Of a stretch of DNA of 64,000 nucleotides, positions 32,743 through 42,214 are shown piece by piece (the first letter of the stretch is position 1; every line of letters begins with the position of its first letter). The notes under the pieces were generated by a model. It was not told the origin of the DNA. It saw only the letters and a program-made list of their open reading frames with translations, and did no database searches. The DNA comes from Desulfatiglandales bacterium. GTDB lineage: Bacteria; Desulfobacterota; DSM-4660; Desulfatiglandales; Desulfatiglandaceae. Made by a program: the position numbers and the translations under genes. The stretch spans positions 6,976,001-7,040,000 of the forward strand of contig OY759599.1 of assembly GCA_963662465.1 (NCBI GenBank), given 5' to 3'.

Positions 32743-33069
32743 ATGGAAAGAGTTGCAGCTGACACTATTGAAAGCAGGTTTTCTTGTATGCCGAATGCAG
32801 AGAAAATGTCCGTAATTACCCACGGAGCGGCGTTACTTCTTTCGGAATGGAAAAAGCGCCTTTTCCTTGCGGAAAGCAAAATTCGGCATTTTGAGGACAA
32901 ATACCATTCCAGTTTGGCCGATATTGAAGAGAAAGGACTGCCTGACGATGCTGACTTCGAGATGCACGAAGAGTACATTATGTGGCGCCACTGGACGGAC
33001 GCGGCTTCGAAAGCCAGGAAAAGGGTTTCCGATTTAGAGTTCATCGCAGGACAGGGCCTGCACTGGTAA
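32743..33069 (+). CDS. Hypothetical antitoxin-like protein
   Basis: FEDKYH..L......GLPDDA.FEMHEEYI.W; follows a site A variant. Confidence 0.6.
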   Translation: MERVAADTIESRFSCMPNAEKMSVITHGAALLLSEWKKRLFLAESKIRHFEDKYHSSLADIEEKGLPDDADFEMHEEYIMWRHWTDAASKARKRVSDLEFIAGQGLHW

Positions 33070-33103
33070 ACCGAGCTATGTTGGCTACTGAACGACTGTT
33101 GGA

Positions 33104-33429
33104 GATTATCTTAGACGAAATTGAATGGTCACATATCAAGGAAACGCTTCGTCTTTTAGGCGACAAAAAATCATTGGCCGCTTTGGTAGAGTCTCATGCC
33201 ATTCGTGACAGAGGTGGAAGACCTGAAGGGATCGACCCGGAAGACGCCTTCAAAGATGTATAAGATAATCATTGCCAAAAATGCTCAGAAAGATTTATCC
33301 TGGTTTAGAAAGAACGATAGAAGCAGTTATATAAAATGCTTCTATTTGGTGAGAGAGGTCATGCAAAATCCAAGGGGTGGCACAGGAAAACCTGAACGTC
33401 TGAAGTACTTCGAAAAAGAAGTCTGCTGA
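33104..33429 (+). pseudogene. Truncated duplicate of the YefM/YoeB pair at 52614-53139
   Basis: Near-identical DNA; antitoxin start and toxin end are missing. Confidence 0.9.
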
Positions 33430-33509
33430 AAGCTGAAAAGATAGGGATGAGGAAAAGCTGTAGACTTGCGAGACAATGTCCCTCATTGGGCACAAGGAGA
33501 TGACGATAT

Positions 33510-33776
33510 ATGCCGAGAATAACTCTTAAAGAAACCATAATCAAAGAAATAGATATTCCAATGGAAGCGTTATATGACCTGATAGACAATCTGTCTCGGG
33601 AAGAACGGGAGAGCGTTTTGAATAGACTGCGAAAAGAACCTGTAAAGCTCAAAGTCTTCCAGAAGGATAAAATTGAATCAATTTTAGGCGATTTTACATC
33701 TACAAATATTTATGAGGATGATTTTCTAACAGATTTAGAAGAAGGTTTAAAAAAATCATCTGTTTATAGCAGATAA
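33510..33776 (+). CDS. Putative antitoxin
   Basis: Small acidic ORF with AGGAG RBS, upstream of a RelE-like gene. Confidence 0.7.
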   Translation: MPRITLKETIIKEIDIPMEALYDLIDNLSREERESVLNRLRKEPVKLKVFQKDKIESILGDFTSTNIYEDDFLTDLEEGLKKSSVYSR

Positions 33777-33780
33777 CCTC

Positions 33781-34035
33781 ATGCCTTTCATAACCGAACT
33801 TAGAGACGACATTGAGAAATTCATCCAGAAGCACGGCCTTTCAAAGAAATGGGAAAAAGCCAGGAGGCTTTTTGAAAATGATCCCTCGCATCCTTCTCTA
33901 AATATCGAGCTATTGGAACCAAAACATCGGCTGATCTATTCGTTTCGTGTAGACAAAAAATTCAGAGCAATCTTCATCTGTTTGCCCGGCGAGAAAGTGG
34001 AAATAGTCGCAGTAACGAAACATTACCATAAGTGA
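33781..34035 (+). CDS. RelE-like toxin
   Basis: F..DP.HPSL..E.L......YSFRV. Confidence 0.75.
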   Translation: MPFITELRDDIEKFIQKHGLSKKWEKARRLFENDPSHPSLNIELLEPKHRLIYSFRVDKKFRAIFICLPGEKVEIVAVTKHYHK

Positions 34036-34079
34036 AAAATGCCGTCGCCATGTCCAAAAACGTGAAGAAAAGGGTCGAA

Positions 34080-34315
34080 AAGATAGGGATGAGGGATGAC
34101 AGAAGGGCTGAGGGATGACAAAAGGGATGAGGGATGAAAGGTGAAAGCTGAAAAAAACAGGAGTGAAAGCTGAAATTAGAGAGGGAGGATGGGGTTTCCG
34201 CATAAGATCTGAAGAAGCGGGAGTTTAGGGATTGAACGAAAAGGGCCAAACGATGAAAGCCAACCCCTCAACCCTGTTATCACTCTCCCCCTTCAGCTTT
34301 CATCCCTCACCCCTG
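34080..34315. repeat. Heptamer-like AGGGATG/AAAGCTG repeats with an inverted partner
   Basis: agggatgagggatga...tgaaagctgaa versus ttcagctttcatccctca. Confidence 0.7.
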
Positions 34316-34368
34316 TCTTTTCAAAGGAAGAAGGGGAGTTAGGTGAATAACCTTGCAAACCTTTCAAC

Positions 34369-34598
34369 ATTATGGTGAGGCCCAAAGCGCTGAACCAAGA
34401 GCTGATTTTGTCCATAAAATGCGATTGGCGCTGAAAGAATTAAGAGAAACCAGGATATGGTTACTTATAATCGTGAGGTCTGACTTAATAAAACCTGCAT
34501 CAAAACTTGATGACTTGTTAGATGAAAGTAACCAATTGATCTCGATTTTTGTTAAAAGTATAGGCACTGCCAAAAAGAACAAGGAGAAGACTTCATAA
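34369..34598 (+). pseudogene. Four-helix-bundle protein, 5'-truncated
   Basis: YGEAQSAE.RADFVHKM..ALKELRET..WL; followed by ATTCGAC repeats. Confidence 0.85.
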
Positions 34599-34674
34599 TT
34601 CGACATTCCCTGTTCAACATTCGACATTAAATCAACCTGTTAGATTAAATACAGCCATTGTCTAAAAAATGTTG

Positions 34675-35079
34675 CTTTTTTGTATTGCACCCTAAGAGGA
34701 AGGGTCGAAAAGGCGCCTACTGGGAAGATCGCTATCATGCGACGGCGATAGAAACAAACAGACATTTGTCTCAGTGTCTTGTTTACATTGACCTCAATAT
34801 GGTTCGTGCAGGAGTCGTAGATCATCCGCCGGACCAAAACCAAGTATTGCAGTAGGCAGTGAATCCTTTGTCGCCGCTACGAAAGAAGCCTTTGGAAACA
34901 AAGGGGAGGGGCGGGAAATTATTGGGGGTGATGGGAGCTATGAACTCCGAGAGACAGCAGCGGCTTACAAGGGCGTTTTTGGGGATGAAAATGCTGCTCT
35001 AAGGGTTCAAAATGAGTATTTCTGGAAAGATTCTCATTGAAAATCAATAAGATGGTGCTTAAATTCTTGGTCCGACCCC
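34675..35079 (+). pseudogene. Divergent RAYT type B fragments with site B
   Basis: RKGAYWEDRYHATA, YIDLNMVRAGVV. Confidence 0.85.
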
Positions 35080-35423
35080 AAAGCCCGCCCAGCAGGGCGA
35101 GCATGCCGGATAAACGTAACGATAAGGTGTAGAGTTCATAAAAGGTGAGAAACTCACTGAAAACTGCAAAAAGTCCGCAACGGACTTGATGCTGAATTGC
35201 GCAAAAAATTTTGGACATAGGGTAACTACCTGTTATTACAGGGTTTGCAGTTTTTTGAAGTTTTTTCTTGACAGGAGCATTATAGGATGTCCCCCATTAC
35301 GCATGTAATCCAAGGGGCGGAGCTGTATCAAAAGAAGCTATGGCAATGTGAAACAAACCCCATTAGACACACTGAGGTTCGACCCCAAGAGCATTACATT
35401 CCCATGCATCGTAGGAGGTAAAA

Positions 35424-35663
35424 ATGTTACTGAATTATACTGCAAAATATTCCAAAATCGCTTCTGGCTATATGGGTCAGTTAGTTGAATGGCCTGAAGT
35501 TGTGACTGAAGGCAAGGACATAGAAGACTGCCGCATGATGTTGAGAGATGCCCTTAATGAAATGCTTCTAGCTTATAAGCAACAGAGAAAGGAAATACCC
35601 ATAGGTGGGGCTCTGATTGAGCAAGTTCCAATAGAGGTTCAGGATGTCTATCAAACGGCGTGA
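35424..35663 (+). CDS. HicB family antitoxin
   Basis: YMGQLVEWPEVVTEG..IE.CR.ML.DAL. Confidence 0.85.
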   Translation: MLLNYTAKYSKIASGYMGQLVEWPEVVTEGKDIEDCRMMLRDALNEMLLAYKQQRKEIPIGGALIEQVPIEVQDVYQTA

Positions 35664-35832
35664 TCTGGTACGATACTTTGAAAAAAATGGATTTTGGCTT
35701 TTGCGGGAGGGTTCAAATCATTCGATATACACAAATGATGTAAAAACCATTCCTGTCAAGAGGCATCGAGCCCTCGACAGAATTACGGCCAATGAACTTT
35801 GCAAACAAGCTGGACTTAAACCAAAATTCTAA
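35644..35832 (+). CDS. HicA family toxin
   Basis: KRRDLV...NGF.LLREGSNHSIY...PV.RH. Confidence 0.88.
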   Translation: MSIKRRDLVRYFEKNGFWLLREGSNHSIYTNDVKTIPVKRHRALDRITANELCKQAGLKPKF

Positions 35833-36029
35833 AACCGCTGTTATTTGGAAAAACAAGCAAAACGCATAAGAGCATAGGACGTCCCCCATGATAAAAGTGC
35901 ATCGCAAATACAGAAAACCTCTCATATTCGTGAAAAGTGACAAGTAACCCCCGAACGCCCCCCCTGGCGCACCCGTAAAAATCCTGTAAAATCATGTAAA
36001 TCCTGTCTAAAAAAAACCACTAATAAATC

Positions 36030-36058
36030 TTGACAACCCCATCGACTTAAATTATACG
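36030..36058 (+). promoter_or_regulatory. Sigma70-like promoter, probably leaderless MarR transcript
   Basis: TTGACA-17-TATACG, ATG 8 nt downstream, no SD. Confidence 0.6.
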
Positions 36059-36066
36059 TTCCCCAT

Positions 36067-36456
36067 ATGAACACGGCATACGAACAGGAAATTCGGTACA
36101 AACTCCTGAAACTCCTGTCCGCCGAGTCACATGTATCCCAGCGGGCCATGGCGAAGGAGATGGGCATCAGCCTGGGTAAAACCAACTACGTCCTCTCGGA
36201 ACTGGCGGAAAAAGGCATCATCAAGATGAAACGTCTCAAAAACGCTCCGCAGAAAATACCCTACGTCTACATCCTCACCCCCTGGGGCCTGGAACAGAAA
36301 GCCAGAATCACCGCCCGCTTCCTGAAGCACAAAATGGCCGAATACGAAGCCATCAAAGACCAGATCAAAGACATCACCAAAGAACTCAAAACATTGGAAA
36401 ACCTGCGTAATTCAGACATGCATTTACTGAAAGAAACAGCCAAAATTAACCCCTAA
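36067..36456 (+). CDS. EPS-associated MarR family transcriptional regulator
   Basis: SQR.MA..MGISLGKTNY.L..L..KG, Y.LTP.G...KA.IT..FL. Confidence 0.9.
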   Translation: MNTAYEQEIRYKLLKLLSAESHVSQRAMAKEMGISLGKTNYVLSELAEKGIIKMKRLKNAPQKIPYVYILTPWGLEQKARITARFLKHKMAEYEAIKDQIKDITKELKTLENLRNSDMHLLKETAKINP

Positions 36457-36574
36457 AACGTAAAACTTAAAACTTAAAACTGCTTTCTGTAACCCAAAGG
36501 GCGGAGCTGTATCCACCTCCCCGCAACAACGACAACAACAAAAGCTTGAGCCCCTTGCTTTATAAATATTTTTT

Positions 36575-37186
36575 GAGGGAAGACCAGGAACGGATTGCTT
36601 CAATCATGGAAAAGACTGTAAGCCTGTGTTAACAAATTAGACTGGTTTCTACCTTTTTATGCTGAATATTGCGCAACGAAAGACGCTGGTAACGATCTTA
36701 ATCGAAGTAGGCAAGTTTATTATTGTTGGTATGGTTATTGGCTATTTTGTTTCTCCTCGCCCAATTGCCGCAGGAGCGGCTATTGCCGGTGCACTTTTCG
36801 CACTTTGTTGTTTTGTAGTTGCTGTACTCATCAGCAAGGAGGTGTAGTATGGATATTATGACATGGATCTTTTTATTTGGCGCCGCCATAGTGCTTGGTG
36901 CCCCTTTACTGGACGCGATCGATATCGAAGGCAAAGTCATTTCAGCTGACGTTGGACTTTTGCTAAATATTTGGTTTCTGGATCATCCGGCAAGACCGGC
37001 GTAGGAATAATGCGGATAATACCAAATAGTACATTGCTTAACATCCAAAGACTTCCAAGGCAAGAAACCTATCCGCGTGTATCTGCGAAAATCTGCATCC
37101 CAATAGAGAAAATGACAGAGCAATGGAACACGATGTTCAGCGGTATTTAACAAAGAAAGTTTGTCACGCTAGTCAACAACGTCCCC
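36575..37186 (+). repeat. Duplicated cassette with two small membrane ORFs (36659-36847 and 36849-); second copy ~59775-60330
   Basis: Near-identical DNA ending at CAACAACGTCCCC; this copy has an ISAs1-like remnant at ~36899-36970. Confidence 0.88.
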
Positions 37187-37341
37187 TAAGTCCCCTAAAA
37201 ACACCTATTCTTGGAACATAAACACTTCATAATCAATAACTTGGGCGACCCCACGACAAGCTGATACAATCAAAGCTCCCGAAATCGAAACCCAAAAAAA
37301 ACAATCCTGAGCATCCTGAAAATCCTGTCTAAACAAACTAA

Positions 37342-38424
37342 ATGCCTCGCCAACCAAGACTTGACGCTCCCGGCCTTCTTCAACACGTAATGGCGCGGGG
37401 AATAGAACGGCGAAAGATTTTCTTCGACGACAAAGATCGGGAGGCTTTCCTGGAAAGGTTCGCCGGCATCCTCGAAGAAACACAAACCCAGTGCTACGCC
37501 TGGGCCTTGATTCCGAATCATTTTCATCTCCTCTTACGAACAGGTCCTACTCCGCTCAGCAAGGTGATGCGCCGTCTTATGACTGGGTACGCCGTCACCT
37601 TCAACAAAAGACATAAGCGCGCAGGCCATCTCTTTCAGAACCGATATAAATCCGTTGTGTGCGAAGAAGACGCCTATCTTCTGGAACTCATTCGTTACAT
37701 CCATTTGAATCCATTAAGAGCCGGTTTGGTAAAGGATCTTCAAGAACTGGACAAATACCCCTGGGCCGGCCACAGCGCCATCCTTGGCAACCGCAAAAAT
37801 CCGCTTGTTCCACCCGAGGAACCCAACGAACCCAATAAACTCAAAGAACCCAACGAGCCGATGAAGTCTCTTGCTGAGAAGACCATCGAAGACGTCCTCC
37901 TGCATTTCAGTGAAACCGCAAAAGTCGCTCGCCGAAAATACCACGAATTTGTCGAAAAAGGCATCGATCAAGGCAGACGCTCCGAATTCCAAGGGGGCGG
38001 GCTTGTTCGAAGCGCCGGCGGGAAGAAAGCAGGGCTCCTGGGTAGATCGAAAGAAGAAAGAGAGAAGGGGGATACGAGGGTATTGGGGAGCGGCGATTTT
38101 GTGACTGAGGCGTTGAGGCAAGCGGGTGAAGAATGGGAGAAGAGTTACAGGGAGAAAATGCCATTAGAAGAACTGATGAAAACGGTCGCGACCCACTTCG
38201 AAGTAGAGGAAAGTGATTTGAAGTCTTCCAGTAAGAAAAAGCAAGTGGTTGAGGCAAAATCCGCATTCGGGTATCTTGCAATTAAGAAACTGGGGTATTC
38301 AGGACGGGAAGTTGGGAGTTTTTTGAATATGAGAAGTTACAGTGCAATCAGAAGGGCTCAGGAAGGGCAAAAAGTGGTTGACAACCGAGGAGATATGTGT
38401 AAAGTATTGAAAATCATGGAATAG
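37342..38424 (+). CDS. RAYT type A: Y1 HUH transposase with a C-terminal DnaA-C-like HTH, intact
   Basis: HVMARG, PNHFHLL (HUH), GHLFQNRY, RYIHLNP (catalytic Tyr); stop codon runs into site A. Confidence 0.92.
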   Translation: MPRQPRLDAPGLLQHVMARGIERRKIFFDDKDREAFLERFAGILEETQTQCYAWALIPNHFHLLLRTGPTPLSKVMRRLMTGYAVTFNKRHKRAGHLFQNRYKSVVCEEDAYLLELIRYIHLNPLRAGLVKDLQELDKYPWAGHSAILGNRKNPLVPPEEPNEPNKLKEPNEPMKSLAEKTIEDVLLHFSETAKVARRKYHEFVEKGIDQGRRSEFQGGGLVRSAGGKKAGLLGRSKEEREKGDTRVLGSGDFVTEALRQAGEEWEKSYREKMPLEELMKTVATHFEVEESDLKSSSKKKQVVEAKSAFGYLAIKKLGYSGREVGSFLNMRSYSAIRRAQEGQKVVDNRGDMCKVLKIME

Positions 38425-38466
38425 TGGCAACGTCCCCCATACGCAGTGGCAACGTCCCCCATACGC
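38419..38466 (+). repeat. Site A (..AATAGTGGCAACGTCCCCCAT), here a 22-bp tandem duplication; ~30 copies between 22118 and 63491
   Basis: Copies at e.g. 22118, 22163, 25147, 27327, 29145, 39246, 39561, 45227, 47836, 53214, 54303, 54368, 60322, 63482; all those I found are on the + strand. Confidence 0.9.
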
Positions 38467-38492
38467 ATACGCCCATACGGAGGTTTTCACGC

Positions 38493-38744
38493 ATGGAAAT
38501 GGAATATGTTGGCGAAATCCTGCAGGATGGGCGCCTATCCCTACCGCCGGAGGTAGGAAAAGAGTTTTCAATTGGAGAAAAGGTCTCTGTTCGTTTGCGG
38601 AAAAGGTCTCGGAAAAAAACAAAGGGGCTGTCTCCTCAGGCCAGGGAGTTGATTGAACTGTTTGAACAAGCCCCTGGCAGAGGTGGCTACTGCGGAAAAG
38701 AGATAAACAGGGAATTTATCCATGAAAGAGACAATGTTTTTTGA
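38493..38744 (+). CDS. AbrB-like antitoxin
   Basis: GEILQDGRLSLP.E.......GEKV.V; GGAGG RBS. Confidence 0.75.
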   Translation: MEMEYVGEILQDGRLSLPPEVGKEFSIGEKVSVRLRKRSRKKTKGLSPQARELIELFEQAPGRGGYCGKEINREFIHERDNVF

Positions 38745-39234
38745 TTCCAACATCTTTATCTATGCTGCTGATAAAGAATCACGATTTTATGCCGAGTCCG
38801 TTGGAATCCTCAAAGATGGTCTTCAAACAGGCCTGGCTACATGCGATCTGTGCTTTCTTGAATTCTATCAGGTCATCACGGACGGGCGAAAAACACCCAA
38901 TCTTCTACCACCTCAAGACGCCCTGACATATATTAAAAAACTGTGGAATACCCCCGAAATAGACGTTTTTGAGGTCGATATCCCTACCACCTTCTTGGAG
39001 GAAAAAAACCAGGAAGAACTTGTACGATACAACGTAATAAAATACGACATCTACGATTATCTTATTGCTTTGTGCCTTAAAATGAATGGGATAAACCAAA
39101 TTGTCACATTCAACGTAAAGGATTTCCAGAAATATCCCTGGCTGACTGTAGTGGACCCGCGTCGCAGGCCCAGTTCATTTCAAACTTCCGTGATATGCCC
39201 TCTGCCCCCAGATCCCCAAAGCAGTGGAAAATAG
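38722..39234 (+). CDS. PIN domain toxin
   Basis: FFDSNIFIYA, EFY.V.T, IYD.LIA, TFNVKDF. Confidence 0.88.
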   Translation: MKETMFFDSNIFIYAADKESRFYAESVGILKDGLQTGLATCDLCFLEFYQVITDGRKTPNLLPPQDALTYIKKLWNTPEIDVFEVDIPTTFLEEKNQEELVRYNVIKYDIYDYLIALCLKMNGINQIVTFNVKDFQKYPWLTVVDPRRRPSSFQTSVICPLPPDPQSSGK

Positions 39235-39263
39235 TGGAATAGTGGCAACGTCCCCCATTACTT

Positions 39264-39371
39264 AGAAAATGGGATCAACCCGGAATTGATCGAAATGCTC
39301 TTGGACAGTCTGGTAAAAAGTCCTCACCAGGTGTTGGTTACGACTCACAGTCCCTTGATTCTGAACTACCT
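39264..39371 (+). pseudogene. Copy of an internal fragment of the AAA ATPase at ~57478-57585
   Basis: ENGINPEL...TTHSPLILNYL, apparently identical DNA; starts just after site A. Confidence 0.88.
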
Positions 39372-39751
39372 GAGTTGCCAACCAATACGGAGCCAAGAAT
39401 ATTGGACAGGATCAACAAGATTAACCGGATATACGCCCTTCGCGTAGCGAATGTAGTATTTTCAATTTCTTCTCTCCGAGGCGTGGGCAAGAAATTGGAA
39501 ATGTAAACAAAAAAATCCTGAAAATCCTGTGAATCCTGTCTAAAAAAGTAACAAAAGCACCAACGTCCCCCATTACATGCCCTTGACGGTTAGAGAGGTA
39601 ACAACCTTACAAACCTGCCAACGTCCCTTATTATTTTTTTCTGCTCTGTGCCGTAATGTTCGATGCGTATATTTCGGACTATCTTCTTGCATTTCTCGGG
39701 TTAACTGGTAGTATGTCTCGGGTTTATTAACGTTAACCGAGGTGAAAACTT

Positions 39752-41008
39752 ATGTATAAAAGGGATGCAGAACAGCTTCTTGTTGAATTGCTTGCCGACT
39801 TCCGTATTGTGTACCTTACCGGACCACGGCAATCCGGAAAGACCACACTTGCAAAAAGGCTTGCGGAGAAACTGGGGATGAAATATGTAACCCTGGATGA
39901 TCAGGCGGTTCTGGCAACAATAAATAATGACCCACATGGCTATATCCGCTCGCTGGCAGGACAGCAGATCGTTCTCGATGAATTTCAGTATGCGGAGGGA
40001 CTGATTCCGGCAATCAAGGAGGCTTCTGATGCATTGGTTGAGGGGGAGAGAGGTAAATTTCTGCTTACCGGATCAGCTGATATCTTTCGATCCGCAAAAA
40101 CACAGGAGGCATTACCGGGTCACCTGGCAAGAGTTGAACTGTATCCGCTCTCTTTGGCGGAAATCAAGGCGAATTCATTCAACCTGATTGACTATCTTGC
40201 TGAGGGGGGATTCAAGTCTATATCAAGACCATCACCGCCTCGTGATGAAATTGCCCAACTGTTGATTTGTGGAGGTTATCCGGAGGTACAAGATAAAAAA
40301 AACAGGCGGTCGCGTCAAACATGGTTCAAATCGTACATTGAAGGACGCCTTTTGAAGGATTTTGAAAGCTTGTACGCTGCTCGTGGGGATTATCGTTCCA
40401 AACTTTCGTCCCTGGTGACGCGTTTAGCCGGGTTAAGTGGTAATCTGTTGAAGAATGCGAGTATTGCAAATGACCTGGGACTCGATGATAAGCTGGTGAA
40501 ATCCTATGTGGAAATCCTGGAATTAATGTTTATCGTCAAACGTCTTCCCGCTTATGTCAAAAATGCGGCAAAACGAACTGTTATTGGTATGCCTAAAGTA
40601 CAGTTCGTCGATACCGGTCTCGCCTGTTACCTCCTGGGTCTGCGCCGGATCGAAGCGTTACGCCATTCACAATTTTATGGCGGGTTATTCGAAACTTATG
40701 TGTTTATGGAGTGTTGCAAACATAAGACCTGGGCCGAAGAAGATGTCAGGCTGTATCATTTTCGGGATAAACGGAAAAATGAAGTGGACCTGGTACTCGA
40801 GAAAAGTGATTCAAGGGTTATCGGAGTGGAGGTTAAAGCATCGGCAACAGTCAGAGAGAGTGATTTTAAGGGACTGATAAAACTATCTGATTATGCGGGG
40901 CAACATTTTCAGCATGGGGTTTTGTTGTATACCGGCAATGAAATCTTACCATTCAAGCAGAAGGACAGAGAGTTTCATGCCATTCCGTTTTCCATATTAG
41001 AGGGCTGA
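39752..41008 (+). CDS. AAA_14 ATPase with DUF4143 domain
   Basis: GPRQSGKTT, LDEFQ, LLTGS, GGYPE, DTGL, EVD.......EVK. Confidence 0.9.
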   Translation: MYKRDAEQLLVELLADFRIVYLTGPRQSGKTTLAKRLAEKLGMKYVTLDDQAVLATINNDPHGYIRSLAGQQIVLDEFQYAEGLIPAIKEASDALVEGERGKFLLTGSADIFRSAKTQEALPGHLARVELYPLSLAEIKANSFNLIDYLAEGGFKSISRPSPPRDEIAQLLICGGYPEVQDKKNRRSRQTWFKSYIEGRLLKDFESLYAARGDYRSKLSSLVTRLAGLSGNLLKNASIANDLGLDDKLVKSYVEILELMFIVKRLPAYVKNAAKRTVIGMPKVQFVDTGLACYLLGLRRIEALRHSQFYGGLFETYVFMECCKHKTWAEEDVRLYHFRDKRKNEVDLVLEKSDSRVIGVEVKASATVRESDFKGLIKLSDYAGQHFQHGVLLYTGNEILPFKQKDREFHAIPFSILEG

Positions 41009-41214
41009 GCAAAAAACCTCTGTGGCCTCAGCGCTCTTGGGGCTCACAAAATGTCTCATGTCAAGGGCTGACCCCGTTCCTAGGTGGTCTTGGTAGAATG
41101 TCCTCGTGTGTCGGCTTGGTGACAATGATTATACGACCATCGTTTGTGGTGCATGGCAGGCGGGTGTTCGATGTTCATCCCTATAGTTGCGTCCCCTAAA
41201 CACATAACCGAGAA

Positions 41215-41375
41215 TTGGAACTTTTTGAGAACTTCAAACCCTGCGATGGGGAACGCCATCGCCCCTACCTCATCGCCGAGGCCGGGGTCAATCATGAAGG
41301 GAGCATGGACATAGCCAGGCGCCTGATCGAGGAGGCCAAGGAAGGCGGGGCCGATGCCATCAAGTTTCAGATAAA
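41215..41375 (+). pseudogene. N-acetylneuraminate synthase (NeuB family) N-terminal fragment
   Basis: PYLIAEAGVNHEG....A..LI..A...GADAIKFQ; cut just before GGTCTGACCCC. Confidence 0.88.
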
Positions 41376-41619
41376 TCCTTGGTCTGACCCCAAAACCCTT
41401 TGAACATCGCTTGTTGTGATAATTAAGAGCTCAATCAATAATTCAGGCGCCCGTCTTCATTATCTGTCAAATGCATCGTTGGGGTTACCAGCAATCATCA
41501 AAAGCCTGCTCCTGATATTGCCGCATATATGCTTTCACGATATTTACGTCCCCCATTACAATATTTAGTTACAAAGTGCCAACGTTACCCCTTACACTTA
41601 ACATTACGTGAGGTATCCA

Positions 41620-41847
41620 ATGGAACCGAACAAAATCGCATCTGAAATAATGAAATTAAGTGTTCCTCAAAAGCTGATTCTGGCTCAGGACATCTGGGAT
41701 TCAATTGCCCTTGAAGGAGGTAATTTGCCTTTGCCGCAGTGGCAGAAACGCGAGCTTGAATGGAGATATGCCCAGTATAATCAAGGTGAAATGGGACTTC
41801 ATGACTGGCGTGAAGTGCATGAGGAACTTCGAAAAACAGATCTATGA
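41620..41847 (+). CDS. Addiction module antitoxin component
   Basis: LS..QKL.LAQDIWDSI...WQK.EL..R. Confidence 0.88.
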   Translation: MEPNKIASEIMKLSVPQKLILAQDIWDSIALEGGNLPLPQWQKRELEWRYAQYNQGEMGLHDWREVHEELRKTDL

Positions 41848-42125
41848 GACTCAGGTATTCTGATAGGGCCAAGGATGACTTGCGGATTGCCTTCAATTGG
41901 TACGAAGCCCAACGGCGCGGATTAGGACTTGACTTTTTGGACTGCGTTGAAGCGGCAATTGAGACAATCCAAGAGACGCCGAGGCTGTATGCGGAACACC
42001 ATCTTAACTTCAGGCGCGCGTTAGTGCGACGATTTCCTTTTTCGATTTTTTACACGATCGAAGAAACGGAGATAGTTTTACATGCTGTTTTTGACAATAG
42101 ACAAGATCCAGCTCGTTTGCCATAA
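41844..42125 (+). CDS. RelE/ParE family toxin
   Basis: WYEAQRRGLG..F, RRALVRRFPF, AVFD.RQDP. Confidence 0.9.
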   Translation: MRLRYSDRAKDDLRIAFNWYEAQRRGLGLDFLDCVEAAIETIQETPRLYAEHHLNFRRALVRRFPFSIFYTIEETEIVLHAVFDNRQDPARLP

Positions 42126-42214
42126 AGATAGCATTCCCAAAGAAACGCATAAGGGCATAGACGTTCCCATCATTCCACTATGTAACTGACGTTCCTCTTT
42201 ACACGTTGTTCTTG

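Noticed and set aside
34353..34630. Diversity-generating retroelement, suggested by the bAvd-like four-helix bundle
   Set aside because: No reverse transcriptase and no TR/VR pair with adenine-specific differences; the gene is a fragment
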